From the NCBI GenBank assembly GCA_003551065.1, contig PULU01000093.1, positions 1-61,159 of the forward strand: 61,159 bases of DNA. Direction: 5' to 3'. The position numbers and the translations under genes were made by a program. Numbering within the stretch: position 1 is the stretch's first letter; each line of letters opens with the position of its first letter. Source of the DNA: Thermoplasmata archaeon (GTDB lineage: Archaea > Thermoplasmatota > Thermoplasmata > Halarchaeoplasmatales > Halarchaeoplasmataceae). Shown piece after piece: positions 26,570 to 36,020 of the stretch. The notes beneath the pieces were generated by a model. That model had not been told where the DNA came from, searched no databases, and worked only from the letters and a program-made list of their open reading frames with translations.

Positions 26570-27840
26570 AGTTTATCACCCAAGATCTCTCTGGTTTTCC
26601 TTACACTCATCTCATGGAGTTCTTCGTGATCGTATGAGGTCTGTTCACCGGTATTGATATCTACTATCTCGGCTCTATCCATGCAACCTATACAGGGATC
26701 GATACACGCTGCTATTATCGGTATATCTGCGATCTGCTCGCCTAAAAACATGGGTGCATAAGTAGCCAAGTTGTTATAAGTCGAAGCCCTGACCTTCCAA
26801 TTATCTAGTTCTTCATGACCCTCTTTCAATCTTACATAATGTAGGGCCTCACCACGTGGAGCTTCGATACGACCGATACCTTCCCCATCGGCCTTTTTCA
26901 ATTTGTTCAATAATGCAGCCTTTTTTGGCTCGCTGTCGATATCCTCATCAGGCATCTTTTGCACACACTGTCGTATAAGATCTATTGATTGAAGGATCTC
27001 TTTCAACCTTACCAATGTTTTTGAAAATACATCACCGGTGTTTTCATATCCGTATCTAGAAGGAATAACATAATCTAGCTCTAGATCTCCATATGCCGCA
27101 TATGGTTGATCTATACGAACATCTTTCTTGACCCCGGATGCACGGACAGTAGGCCCAACACCACATAATTCAAGGGCTTCCTTTTCAGTCAATATACCTA
27201 TATTTTTGGTCCTCAGCCTTATGCTTGGGTCTCCCAAGAATATATCTTCGAGTTTACCATAAAGCTTTTCATAATACTCGAGAGTGTTTTGGATCTTGGG
27301 GTACATCTTCGGTGAGAAATCTCTACGATACATCTTTTTAGGGATATCCCTACGGACACCTCCTACGGTCCACATAGAATAGTTGACTCTATTGCCAGAT
27401 ATCTCTTCTAATAGGTCCATCACTTTCTCCCTGATCTTCCATGTGAAGTGGAGATGTGTGTCAAAACCGATCTCGTGGGCCGCGACTCCTGCCCAGAGAA
27501 CGTGAGAATGGATCCGCTCTAATTCACACATTATAGTCCTTATGTATCTAGCCCGATTTGTAGGTTCGATCCCAGCAGCATGTTCAACTGCCGTAGTGTA
27601 CATGTGCTGGTGAACTATAGAACAGATACCACATATACGTTCAGCTAAAGGTATCACTTTAAGGGGATTTCGATGCATACCCATGAATTCGATACCTCTG
27701 TGGTTCATACCCGGGTGCGGATCTGCATCCACTATGGTCTCTCCATCGAGTTTAAATTTTACCATAAAAGGCTCTTTTAATGCTGGATGTATAGGACCTA
27801 TAGGTACCTCATAAGTCGCGTCTTTACTCATCACTATCAC
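26566..27840 (-). CDS. mbhL: Mbh subunit L, [NiFe] hydrogenase large subunit (NuoD-like, group 4)
   Basis: All four Ni-Fe cysteine ligands are present (RICGICSIVH near the N-terminus, DPCIGCMDR near the C-terminus). A 35-aa tail follows the Arg. Confidence 0.9.
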   Translation of the reverse strand: MIVMSKDATYEVPIGPIHPALKEPFMVKFKLDGETIVDADPHPGMNHRGIEFMGMHRNPLKVIPLAERICGICSIVHQHMYTTAVEHAAGIEPTNRARYIRTIMCELERIHSHVLWAGVAAHEIGFDTHLHFTWKIREKVMDLLEEISGNRVNYSMWTVGGVRRDIPKKMYRRDFSPKMYPKIQNTLEYYEKLYGKLEDIFLGDPSIRLRTKNIGILTEKEALELCGVGPTVRASGVKKDVRIDQPYAAYGDLELDYVIPSRYGYENTGDVFSKTLVRLKEILQSIDLIRQCVQKMPDEDIDSEPKKAALLNKLKKADGEGIGRIEAPRGEALHYVRLKEGHEELDNWKVRASTYNNLATYAPMFLGEQIADIPIIAACIDPCIGCMDRAEIVDINTGEQTSYDHEELHEMSVRKTREILGDKL

Positions 27841-28417
27841 CTCCGCTCCTAGGATTTTTTACTATAGGTGGATCATTTGCCTCTTCCTCGTCATGGACAT
27901 ATCTTGATCGATCTTCCATACCCTTATCGTCCCAGCGCCACGGATATTTGTCTTCTGGAAATACTTCGTCCAGCCAAAGTCTCCTCGAGTCGGGTATATC
28001 TATTACTTCTACTCCGAGGAATTCCTGTTTTTCTCTTTCTGTGGTTATAGCCCCGGGTATGATATCTGTGATCGTGGATATCGTGGGATCCTCTTTAGGA
28101 AGATGGACTTTGAGGTTTATACTTATTTCATCTCCAGGATATCCATAATTTACAGCAAAATGATAGATCAGCTCGATATCATCACCGATATCGGAACCAG
28201 AAGTCACGGATAGATGAGGGACCTGTAATTCTGAGATCGTCTTGACTGCCTTCCTAAATTCATCTCTCTTTATTTTTAACCATATAAGTTTCATAGGAGT
28301 ATTATTAAGGCCTTTCTCGATCTCTTCTGTGTATATCTCGTCAACCCCATCCCCTATCTTCTGCTCCAGATATTCTTTCATCTCATCTAGTTCCAAAGGG
28401 AGTTGTATGTTATTCAT
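27824..28417 (-). CDS. mbhK: Mbh subunit K (NuoC-like)
   Basis: Assigned by its position between the NuoB-like and NuoD-like genes, its size, and NuoC-like sequence (ELIYHF...). Confidence 0.75.
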   Translation of the reverse strand: MNNIQLPLELDEMKEYLEQKIGDGVDEIYTEEIEKGLNNTPMKLIWLKIKRDEFRKAVKTISELQVPHLSVTSGSDIGDDIELIYHFAVNYGYPGDEISINLKVHLPKEDPTISTITDIIPGAITTEREKQEFLGVEVIDIPDSRRLWLDEVFPEDKYPWRWDDKGMEDRSRYVHDEEEANDPPIVKNPRSGGDSDE

Positions 28418-28866
28418 TTGTCATCACCTCTGATTTTCTCTAAATATAACCATGCCTCTTTGACTCCGTTGATAATGTTTTCTGGTCTTACAGGACATCC
28501 ATTAACATATAGTACATGTGCATCATCAGGGAGAAGTGAATCTATCGGCCCCTCTATCGCATAACTGTCGTAATAAACACCGGTCGTGCTTCCACAGTTC
28601 CCTATGATCATGACAACTTTTGGATCGGGTGTTTGTTCATAAACTCTTAATATCCGATCCTTCATCTTTTTTGTAACGGGACCTGTGAAAAGTAGAACAT
28701 CAGCATGTCTTGGTGACCCGACTAGTTTTATACCGAATCTTTCAGCATCGTACCTCGGTGTTATAGCTGCAACTATCTCTATATCACATGCGTTACAGGA
28801 ACCACTGTTCATGTGAAAGACCCAAAGCGCTTTATCGAACGTTTTTGATAACTTCATATTTAACAC
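28414..28866 (-). CDS. mbhJ: Mbh subunit J, hydrogenase small subunit (NuoB-like)
   Basis: The [4Fe-4S] ligand pattern is present: GSCNACDIE ... GNCG ... GCPVRPE. Confidence 0.88.
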   Translation of the reverse strand: MLNMKLSKTFDKALWVFHMNSGSCNACDIEIVAAITPRYDAERFGIKLVGSPRHADVLLFTGPVTKKMKDRILRVYEQTPDPKVVMIIGNCGSTTGVYYDSYAIEGPIDSLLPDDAHVLYVNGCPVRPENIINGVKEAWLYLEKIRGDDK

Positions 28867-28870
28867 CTGA

Positions 28871-29146
28871 TTATATGAGCAAATACAAGAACACCAGCAC
28901 GAAAGCCAGTGTTACAACGAACCAGTACACGTAATCATTAACTATACCCGTATGTCCTTCTACAAGAGGATCCAAATATTTTCTCAGAGCATGTGTGAAT
29001 CCCCAGTAGAGATTATCTCCACCTACGTGGATATCTCTTGGATCCTTAGAAGGTCTGTTACCTGATATGAACGGATCTCCTTTTAATCTTGTTTTCTTGT
29101 AACTAGATTCCCCCATCTGATAGAATAGATAAGCTACTAAAGCCAT
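28871..29146 (-). CDS. mbhI: Mbh subunit I, small membrane subunit
   Basis: Position matches P. furiosus mbhI (between H and J). It has a TM at each end. Confidence 0.65.
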   Translation of the reverse strand: MALVAYLFYQMGESSYKKTRLKGDPFISGNRPSKDPRDIHVGGDNLYWGFTHALRKYLDPLVEGHTGIVNDYVYWFVVTLAFVLVFLYLLI

Positions 29147-29205
29147 AAGCAGACCTACGATTATGAAGAGTATAGGACTCCATGCATCCCTTAGAACTAT
29201 ATCGA

Positions 29206-30723
29206 TCAGACTGCCACCCCCAGTGCTTCAATAGCAGGGGCTATGATCTCAGAAACTACATAATTCGGGAACAAACTGAATATCACGATGATCACCGTCA
29301 AAACGCCCATGCTCAAAATCATACTGCGGGGGATTTTCATACCGATCTTTTGATCTGGTCCTAGGAATGCATTGAAGAATATCTTGCCGATAAGAGCAAG
29401 TGTAACTATACTGACCACCAGAGCGATTATAGCTAATACCGGATTGTACAGGTAAACGGATTTATATATCAATAGTTTTGAACTGAAACCAGATAAAGGT
29501 GGTATCCCTGCGATAGAAAGCCCTCCGATTATAAAGAAAAAGGTAGTGAAAGGCATGCTGTGTGCCAGTCCCCCCAATCTGTTCAGATCTCTAGTGTCTG
29601 CAGCATAGATTATCCCTCCTACTGAAAGGAATAATAAAGCCTTGTAAACACCGTCGTTGATCATATGGAAAAATCCTCCTTCTACGGCATTCACCCCAAA
29701 TGCACCATAATCCGCAGTTCCTAATGTAGCAAATCCAACTCCCACTGCCATCATCATATATCCTATTTGAGAAACTGATAGATAGGCGATCAATCTTTTG
29801 ACATCACTCTGTTTGAGTGCCATACTGACACCTACGAACATGGATAGAACGCCTAGTATGATCAGCAAATTTCCTATAGACGAAGGTTCTACAGCTCCTC
29901 GGAAAACAAAAAAGATCAATCGGAACAAAACGAACAGAGATCCAAGAGATGTTATAGCTATGAAAGGAGTGATAGAGTCAGGAGCTTCTGAATATGCATC
30001 AGGAGCCCACATATGCATAGGAACACTGCTTGCCTTCATGGATAAGATCACCATGACTAAACCTATAGCAAGTATATCGATGAAAGCTCCATCCATAGAA
30101 TCTCTGATCAGGAAATAGTTCAGAACACCGTATTCTCCATAGAAGAATCCGATTGAGAAGAGTAGCAACAGTCCAGCGATGACACTTATTATCATATATT
30201 TCAAAGCAGCCTCGACACTCTCTCCTCTTTCATTGTGATAAGCGATAAGACCACACGAAGCTATAGAGGTCACCTCGAACCACACAAAAAGATTGAAAAG
30301 ATCAGATGTAAGAACCATCCCCATAACCCCTGCCAATGTGAGCAGGAACAGAGTGTAGAACTTGCCAAGATCGTCGAAATCTTTCATATTTCCGAAGGAA
30401 TATATCCCTACACCAACTGCGGTTATGATGATGGTCAAAGTAGCCAAAACAGCAAAACCATCGGCAAGAAAAGTGATCCTAAAGAAACTCACATCGGTAA
30501 TAGCAGTTGGATCTTCAGCTCCGAACACATATGTCCAACTGCCTATAGTATATACCTCATAGGCCATCAATGATACAAATAATGCTGTCAAAAGAAGACC
30601 TATGATAAAAACTGCATTCCTCAACTCTTTTGATACCTTATCAGCCAGTGGAGTCAAAAATGCGAATAAGAGTGGAATACCCAATATAAATACAGGGGAT
30701 TGGAGGAGAAGATCCACATTCAT
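29206..30723 (-). CDS. mbhH: Mbh subunit H, MrpD/NuoL-like antiporter subunit
   Basis: About 505-aa polytopic protein of the NuoL/M/N-MrpD family. The ATG at 30723 forms an ATGA overlap with the mbhG stop. Confidence 0.85.
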   Translation of the reverse strand: MNVDLLLQSPVFILGIPLLFAFLTPLADKVSKELRNAVFIIGLLLTALFVSLMAYEVYTIGSWTYVFGAEDPTAITDVSFFRITFLADGFAVLATLTIIITAVGVGIYSFGNMKDFDDLGKFYTLFLLTLAGVMGMVLTSDLFNLFVWFEVTSIASCGLIAYHNERGESVEAALKYMIISVIAGLLLLFSIGFFYGEYGVLNYFLIRDSMDGAFIDILAIGLVMVILSMKASSVPMHMWAPDAYSEAPDSITPFIAITSLGSLFVLFRLIFFVFRGAVEPSSIGNLLIILGVLSMFVGVSMALKQSDVKRLIAYLSVSQIGYMMMAVGVGFATLGTADYGAFGVNAVEGGFFHMINDGVYKALLFLSVGGIIYAADTRDLNRLGGLAHSMPFTTFFFIIGGLSIAGIPPLSGFSSKLLIYKSVYLYNPVLAIIALVVSIVTLALIGKIFFNAFLGPDQKIGMKIPRSMILSMGVLTVIIVIFSLFPNYVVSEIIAPAIEALGVAV

Positions 30724-31070
30724 TCCCTGCACCTCCTTGCATCGTCAGAATTTATGCTGCCATAATGTTTTTTCAACATGATGACGAATGATAACATCAG
30801 TGCAGTGGTAGCAACACCGATGACGATGCTGGTTAGAGTGAGTGCATGAGGTGTAGGTAAAACCATATCAGTAGCGGGTGCGCTGGTCCAGATCGGTGCG
30901 ACATATCCCTCTCTATATGCAAGGGAAACCAAGAAAAGATTAGCACCGTTCTGGATGATCGCTATCCCCATGATCATCTTTATCAGATTCTTTTTGAACA
31001 ATACTACATATAAACCCATTATCACGAGTGTTACGACCATGATAAGAGGGAAAAAGTTGAACCAGTTCAT
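30720..31070 (-). CDS. mbhG: Mbh subunit G (MrpC/NuoK-like)
   Basis: Three-TM protein of 116 aa in the expected operon position. Confidence 0.75.
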   Translation of the reverse strand: MNWFNFFPLIMVVTLVIMGLYVVLFKKNLIKMIMGIAIIQNGANLFLVSLAYREGYVAPIWTSAPATDMVLPTPHALTLTSIVIGVATTALMLSFVIMLKKHYGSINSDDARRCRE

Positions 31071-31531
31071 TTTTCCACCTCCAGTGATCCACTTCTTTTA
31101 GCCATCATCCATAGGATAAGGCTTAGCGCAGCTATCACTTCCATCCCAACAACTATGTTCATCAGCGGGATGGTACCTCCCGTATTGATGTAACCCGGAT
31201 TGATCCCACTAACAGTACCACCGAATATGCCTCCAGTACCGGCTAAAGAATTGTAGAACAGTGAAAAACCCATAATTAGACCCACCATAGCAAGTAGAAA
31301 GAAGAGTGTGAGTCCTGTAGATTCCATGTTGGACAAATCAGTTTTATTATCTTTCATAGCACCATGCGCTACGATCAGAAGAGCCGTAGAGGATGCCACG
31401 ACTGCCCCACCCTGGAATCCTCCTCCAGGAGTAAGGTGTCCATGAAGGATGAGATATATTCCAAAAACTACGATAGGTACGACCATAATATCTGCAACTG
31501 TACGTACTACCACAGACATCTTAACATTCAT
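31067..31531 (-). CDS. mbhF: Mbh subunit F (MrpB-like)
   Basis: Polytopic 154-aa protein with an MnhB-like GGGFQGG motif, in the expected operon position. Confidence 0.72.
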   Translation of the reverse strand: MNVKMSVVVRTVADIMVVPIVVFGIYLILHGHLTPGGGFQGGAVVASSTALLIVAHGAMKDNKTDLSNMESTGLTLFFLLAMVGLIMGFSLFYNSLAGTGGIFGGTVSGINPGYINTGGTIPLMNIVVGMEVIAALSLILWMMAKRSGSLEVEK

Positions 31532-31827
31532 TCTTCTCCCTCCTTGGAAGATATTGTTTTCCGAAGAACTGTTAGTACTCCACTGACTGCTGAGAACAAA
31601 ACAGTAGCTTCACCTAGAGTGTCTAAACCTCTATAGTCGAACAACACCGCAGTCACGACATTATTGACCTGATTATGATCCTGACTGTTCTCTAGAAAAT
31701 ATTCGTCCATCTCTGTTTCTACAGGGTTTCCAAAACCTCCACCGTCTTGGTTACGCATCTCAACAACACCCCCAAAAAGGAAGGCAGAGATCACTATCAG
31801 TGCTATCACGGCTATTATCTTTTTCAT
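31528..31827 (-). CDS. mbhE: Mbh subunit E
   Basis: 99 aa with two TM segments, an MnhB-like DYRGLDTLGE motif, and an ATGA overlap with its neighbours. Confidence 0.7.
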   Translation of the reverse strand: MKKIIAVIALIVISAFLFGGVVEMRNQDGGGFGNPVETEMDEYFLENSQDHNQVNNVVTAVLFDYRGLDTLGEATVLFSAVSGVLTVLRKTISSKEGEE

Positions 31828-32078
31828 TTGTACCCCTCCGTTCTATCAGTGGATTTGATCGCAAATATAAAAATCGCAGTTGTCAGAGCGGCTCCTACAG
31901 CCGCTTCCGCTATGGCCACATCCGGCGCTCTCAGAAGATAGAATTGTAAAGCAAGTATAAGACTGGACGCGCCAAGAGCGATGGCTGCGGATATAAGATC
32001 TTTGAACCAGATAACAGCCGCTGCAGTTGAAACCAATCCGATCAGAATCAATACCTGTAAAATATAGTACAACATCAT
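31824..32078 (-). CDS. mbhD: Mbh subunit D
   Basis: 84-aa membrane protein with the APDVAIAEAAVGA motif typical of MrpA C-terminal-like subunits, in the expected operon position. Confidence 0.7.
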   Translation of the reverse strand: MMLYYILQVLILIGLVSTAAAVIWFKDLISAAIALGASSLILALQFYLLRAPDVAIAEAAVGAALTTAIFIFAIKSTDRTEGYK

Positions 32079-32440
32079 TCTTTTTCCTCCTTATCGGCTA
32101 AATGATCCAAAACCGCTTTTTCAGGGTGAACTCCTACTCTGTGAGCCGCCCTAGCCAAGGCATGGGCACCGGTTGGATTCGTTACTAAAATCGCGATCAA
32201 TGCTACAAAAGTGTGTATCACCATATTTAAGTACTGTTCCTGTGCCGGATACCAGTAATACATCGCACCACCATATACCATGATTGTAAATGTCATGAAT
32301 ATAGTTCCAAAAGTTGTACATTTTGTAGCAGCATGTAATCTCGTGTAAACATCTGGGAATCTGTGAAGCCCGATTATCCCTAGACCGTTGAATATTATGG
32401 AAACTGCTAATAAGATATATAAGATCGTTAAAACTATCAT
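32075..32440 (-). CDS. mbhC: Mbh subunit C (MrpG/MnhG-like)
   Basis: The MnhG signature RFPDVYTRLHAATK is present. Confidence 0.8.
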   Translation of the reverse strand: MIVLTILYILLAVSIIFNGLGIIGLHRFPDVYTRLHAATKCTTFGTIFMTFTIMVYGGAMYYWYPAQEQYLNMVIHTFVALIAILVTNPTGAHALARAAHRVGVHPEKAVLDHLADKEEKE

Positions 32441-32709
32441 TTAGATCCCACTCCTTCTAGGTAGTTTGCTATGAATAATGTTGTTATATATGAGAGTACT
32501 GCGTAAACTATAGCGATATCTATGAAAAGGGTTTCCCATGTCGCTGCACCTAGTCCCACCATACTGGCCACCACCATTGTGTTTATCGTATCAAGTGCTA
32601 CGGCCCTATCTGGTGCCGTGGGACCTAAAAATATCCTAATGGCTGAAATTAGTATGTATATGAAAAATATGCCTACAGCTAAAAGCAGAGGATAAGAAAA
32701 GTCTATCAT
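32437..32709 (-). CDS. mbhB: Mbh subunit B (MrpF/MnhF-like)
   Basis: MnhF-like motif LGPTAPDRAVALD. The ATG at 32709 forms an ATGA overlap with the mbhA stop; the track start at 32730 is less likely. Confidence 0.78.
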   Translation of the reverse strand: MIDFSYPLLLAVGIFFIYILISAIRIFLGPTAPDRAVALDTINTMVVASMVGLGAATWETLFIDIAIVYAVLSYITTLFIANYLEGVGSK

Positions 32710-33260
32710 TCTGCAAACCTCCTTATCCATTTTGTGAACCTTCCAGATATCGTTTCAGTTGGATTCTTCCTGACTTTGATCCAATGGATGTAAAGTTCTT
32801 TTTTATCTTCATCTACATCTACAGTTAGAGTACCAGGTGTTAGTGTTATAGAATTTGCTAGTAACGTGATACTTAGATCCTTTTCCAGCCCAGGTTTGAT
32901 CCTGACTATACCCGGTCTGATGTTTCCAGTAATGACCCTATAGGCTACATCGAAGTTAGCTTTCACCATCTCTATGAAGAGCGGGATCAAATAGACCAGC
33001 ATTATCCCCCATCTAACAGGGTTCAACATCCTGAAATCGTCTTTACGGCATAGGATATGGCTGGTAACTGATGCAACGATCAGAGCTACAGAAAATGCCA
33101 AGACCAACTGTTCATAACCCCAGAGTGGTGTGCCTTCCACAATCGAGACACCTGCTGCAAATGTTAAAATTAGATAGGTGCCCAAAGCGAGTAGAAAAGT
33201 TGAAAAGAATCTTTTGAAATCATCCATATTTTTTCCTCCATTTATCACACAAATATCCAA
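32706..33260 (-). CDS. mbhA: Mbh subunit A (MrpE/MnhE-like)
   Basis: First gene of the cluster, with two N-terminal TMs plus an MnhE-like soluble part. The start may be the ATG at 33227 (MDDFKRF...). Confidence 0.72.
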   Translation of the reverse strand: MDICVINGGKNMDDFKRFFSTFLLALGTYLILTFAAGVSIVEGTPLWGYEQLVLAFSVALIVASVTSHILCRKDDFRMLNPVRWGIMLVYLIPLFIEMVKANFDVAYRVITGNIRPGIVRIKPGLEKDLSITLLANSITLTPGTLTVDVDEDKKELYIHWIKVRKNPTETISGRFTKWIRRFAE

Positions 33261-33400
33261 TAATCTTCGTTCCTATTTTATCGGATTTCATATTGCTTTT
33301 TGTGTAGAATGTCATGACAAAGATTCCAACAATTTTGTATATATAGTATTTTCGGGATGAGTCTTAGACGAATGCGACAACCTTATATATCATTCTATTT

Positions 33401-33586
33401 TTGAAATCGATGATCATAATGAAAGAAGACTATAACTGTACATCATGTGGTGTGACCTTAGTGGGATTAAAAAATACATCGTTCCCATGTCCCGAATGTG
33501 GGGATGTTCAGATAGGACGGTGTAAGAAATGTCGAGATCAGGGCGCTAGATATGAATGCCCAGAATGTGGATTCAGGGGGCCTTGA
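33401..33586 (+). CDS. Zn-ribbon protein conserved upstream of aEF-1beta (COG2888-like)
   Basis: Cysteine pattern CTSCG...CPECG...RCKKCR...[11 protein letters not shown]. The stop overlaps the start region of the EF-1beta gene. The real start is probably the ATG at 33410 or 33419, about 25 nt after the TTATATAT box. Confidence 0.68.
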   Translation: MKSMIIMKEDYNCTSCGVTLVGLKNTSFPCPECGDVQIGRCKKCRDQGARYECPECGFRGP

Positions 33587-33588
33587 TC

Positions 33589-33855
33589 ATGGGAGACGTA
33601 AGAATAGTTTATAAATTGATGCCAGAAGATCCAAAAAAGGACCTTGATGAGATCAAAGCAGAAGTCAAGAAGATCGCAGAAGAACATGGAGAATACAAAG
33701 GATCAAAGGAAGAAAAAGTAGCTTTCGGGCTTATGGCAGTTATATCGACTATCGAGATACCGGACGAAGGTGGGATAGTAGATGAGATGGAAGAGAAATT
33801 AAGATCCATCCCCGGTATCCAGAGTGCAGAAGCAGCTGATATGACTCTTGTATAA
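33589..33855 (+). CDS. ef1b: Translation elongation factor aEF-1 beta
   Basis: 88 aa starting MGDVRIVYKLMPEDP..., the typical size and N-terminus of archaeal EF-1beta. The ATG follows the upstream TGA by 2 nt. Confidence 0.85.
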   Translation: MGDVRIVYKLMPEDPKKDLDEIKAEVKKIAEEHGEYKGSKEEKVAFGLMAVISTIEIPDEGGIVDEMEEKLRSIPGIQSAEAADMTLV

Positions 33856-33861
33856 AGTCTA

Positions 33862-35094
33862 TCAGGTCCCTTCTTCCCAACCTTCCATATACTCTTTCTG
33901 TTCTTGAGATAATTTATCAATTTTTATTCCATCAGCTTCGAGTCGCAACCTTGCTACTTTTTCGTCTAGTTCCCTGGGGATGTTGTGTACTCCATCCTCT
34001 AAATCGTTATTTATAACGTGATCCGCTGCCAGCATCTGCAGTGCGAAACTCATGTCCATGATCTCAGCGGGATGTCCCTGACCTACAGCTAAGTTGACCA
34101 GTCTTCCATCCGCTAATAGATACAATTTTCTACCATCTTTCATAGAATATTCCATCACGTCTTCTCTTGCAGTTCTTGAAAATTCTGAATTATCTTCAAG
34201 GGCACTGATGTCTATCTCGTTGTTGAAATGTCCTGAATTAGCCATTATGCATCCGTCTTTAGCATTTTTTATCTCCTCATCTCCGATGACATGTTTGCAT
34301 CCCGTGGCAGTCACAACAAAATCCGCTCTCTTGATATTCTCCTTAGCTGGTCCAACATCGAATCCGTCCATCTTTGCCTCTACAGCCTTTATCGGGTCCA
34401 CCTCAGAAACCATGACATCGGCTCCCATACCTTTAGCTCTCATGGCGATACCCCTGCCACACCATCCGTATCCTCCTACCAAAAATTTCTTACCGCTCAG
34501 CTGGAGGTTGGTAGCTGTCATCAATCCATCGATCGTCGATTGTCCTGTTCCGTACCTGTTATCGAAAAGGTGTTTCATGAAAGCATCATTTACAGACATA
34601 ACAGGGAATTTTAGGGCTCCATCCTTTTCCATGGCCCGTAATCTAACTATGCCTGTCGTAGTCTCTTCACATCCCCCTTTTATACCTTCGATCAGATCCT
34701 TTCGTTCGGTATGGATCAACGATACGAGATCACCACCGTCATCTATGACCACATCGGGCTCGTGCTCCAGGATCCTGTTGAGGTTCTCGTAATACTCCTC
34801 CTCTGTCTCTCCCCTTTTTGCATAAACATCCATACCGTATTCTTCTCTCAGTGCTTCAGCTACAGAGTCATCCGTGGAGAGTGGATTACAGCTGGCCATC
34901 TTCACCTTGGCCCCGGCTTCCGCTAAAGATAACGCTAGAATACCTGTTTTCGCTTCTACATGTAATGCCATGGATATGTTCTTTCCTTCAAGGCTTCTGC
35001 TTTCTTTGATCTCTTCCCTTACTTTCTTCAATACTTTCATGTGTTCTCTAGCCCACTGTAATCGTTTTTTACCCTTCTCTATCAGTTCTCTCAT
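33862..35094 (-). CDS. ahcY: S-adenosyl-L-homocysteine hydrolase
   Basis: NAD-binding motif GYGWCGRGIA and conserved AHCY blocks (CNPLSTDD, NDAFMKHLFDNRYGTGQS). Confidence 0.93.
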   Translation of the reverse strand: MRELIEKGKKRLQWAREHMKVLKKVREEIKESRSLEGKNISMALHVEAKTGILALSLAEAGAKVKMASCNPLSTDDSVAEALREEYGMDVYAKRGETEEEYYENLNRILEHEPDVVIDDGGDLVSLIHTERKDLIEGIKGGCEETTTGIVRLRAMEKDGALKFPVMSVNDAFMKHLFDNRYGTGQSTIDGLMTATNLQLSGKKFLVGGYGWCGRGIAMRAKGMGADVMVSEVDPIKAVEAKMDGFDVGPAKENIKRADFVVTATGCKHVIGDEEIKNAKDGCIMANSGHFNNEIDISALEDNSEFSRTAREDVMEYSMKDGRKLYLLADGRLVNLAVGQGHPAEIMDMSFALQMLAADHVINNDLEDGVHNIPRELDEKVARLRLEADGIKIDKLSQEQKEYMEGWEEGT

Positions 35095-35297
35095 GGTATC
35101 GATTGTTCATCGAGAGACTTGTAATTGTCTTTTTCCCTCGGTTGTATATCCGATTTTTCATACTATGAGGTAGTTTTGATGATAGGTAATTTGTTTCTAT
35201 ATATCTCGATCACAGTTACCTCTAACGGATCGCTTAATTATCTTGGATCGTTCTTTTTAGACGCTTAATGTCGTAACCGATATGAATGATAGTAAAT

Positions 35298-36020
35298 TTA
35301 GAGTTCCTCTGATAGATCGAAAAGTCTTTGAGACATATATTTTAGAGTCCTGTTCAGATTTTTATGATTGCTGAAACCCTCTTCCAAAGGTTCTTGTTTG
35401 TTCATATTAGGTACGGCCCTGATGATGTTGTCCACTATGGTAACATCCGAGACCTGTGCAGTACGTGAAAGCGGATTTAGGTCTATTGTGATAACAGTTT
35501 TACCCATATCCGAGAGAGCTTTTGCTCTGTCTCCATCCTCCAGTGGAACTAAAACAACATCTGAGGAGTATATCCCCTCTTCAGAACATAAAGCTCTAGC
35601 ATGTTCAAGATCTGGTATCTTAGCGTCGGGTTCCGATCCAAGGACTTCCTCTGCACCGTTATCCTTCAATTTTTTTTCGATCAATTCCATCCTTTTATCA
35701 GTTCTATGGAACAAGTTGACTTCGAGCTTAGCATCTAAGTCCTGGCCTAATTTCACTATAGAATCTGGAACCAGAGCTGCAACGTTCCCGTTTATCGAGA
35801 TGACTGCATTATCCGCTTCTTTCATAAGCTTCAGAGCGTATCTCTCGGCTTTTTCAGCAAAGGGTGTCGTTTCCTCTCCTAGCAGGTAATCGAAGGCCTC
35901 TCCTCTACCATGGGCTATCAAACCCGCTTTAGATGTCATCCCCTCTTCGACTCCCTGGACCAACTTCTCTCTGGTTTTAAGCGATAGATATCTCGGATGT
36001 GATTCAGGTATATCTGTCAT
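35298..36020 (-). CDS. 4-phosphopantoate--beta-alanine ligase (archaeal phosphopantothenate synthetase)
   Basis: N-terminal HPRYLSLKTREKL...GLIAHGRGEAFDYLLGE matches my recollection of the archaeal PPS (COG1701) family. Confidence 0.68.
   Translation of the reverse strand: MTDIPESHPRYLSLKTREKLVQGVEEGMTSKAGLIAHGRGEAFDYLLGEETTPFAEKAERYALKLMKEADNAVISINGNVAALVPDSIVKLGQDLDAKLEVNLFHRTDKRMELIEKKLKDNGAEEVLGSEPDAKIPDLEHARALCSEEGIYSSDVVLVPLEDGDRAKALSDMGKTVITIDLNPLSRTAQVSDVTIVDNIIRAVPNMNKQEPLEEGFSNHKNLNRTLKYMSQRLFDLSEEL

Noticed and set aside
25149-33260. Interpreting the cluster as Mbx/MBS (sulfane-sulfur reductase) or as a formate- or CO-dependent hydrogenase module.
   Set aside because: The large subunit retains both CxxC Ni-Fe ligand pairs. 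There is only one MrpD-like subunit, and no FDH or CODH genes are adjacent.
34094-34792. Long antisense ORFs inside well-identified genes: 232 aa opposite ahcY, 173 aa at 18348-18869 opposite the DASS permease, 173 aa at 35368-35889 opposite the PPS gene, 170 aa at 21628-22140 opposite valS, and 101 aa at 1347-1652 opposite gdhA.
   Set aside because: Their translations are Ser/Ile/Phe/Pro-rich low-complexity strings without motifs. Each is fully shadowed by a gene with strong family signatures. Shadow ORFs of this kind are expected from codon bias.
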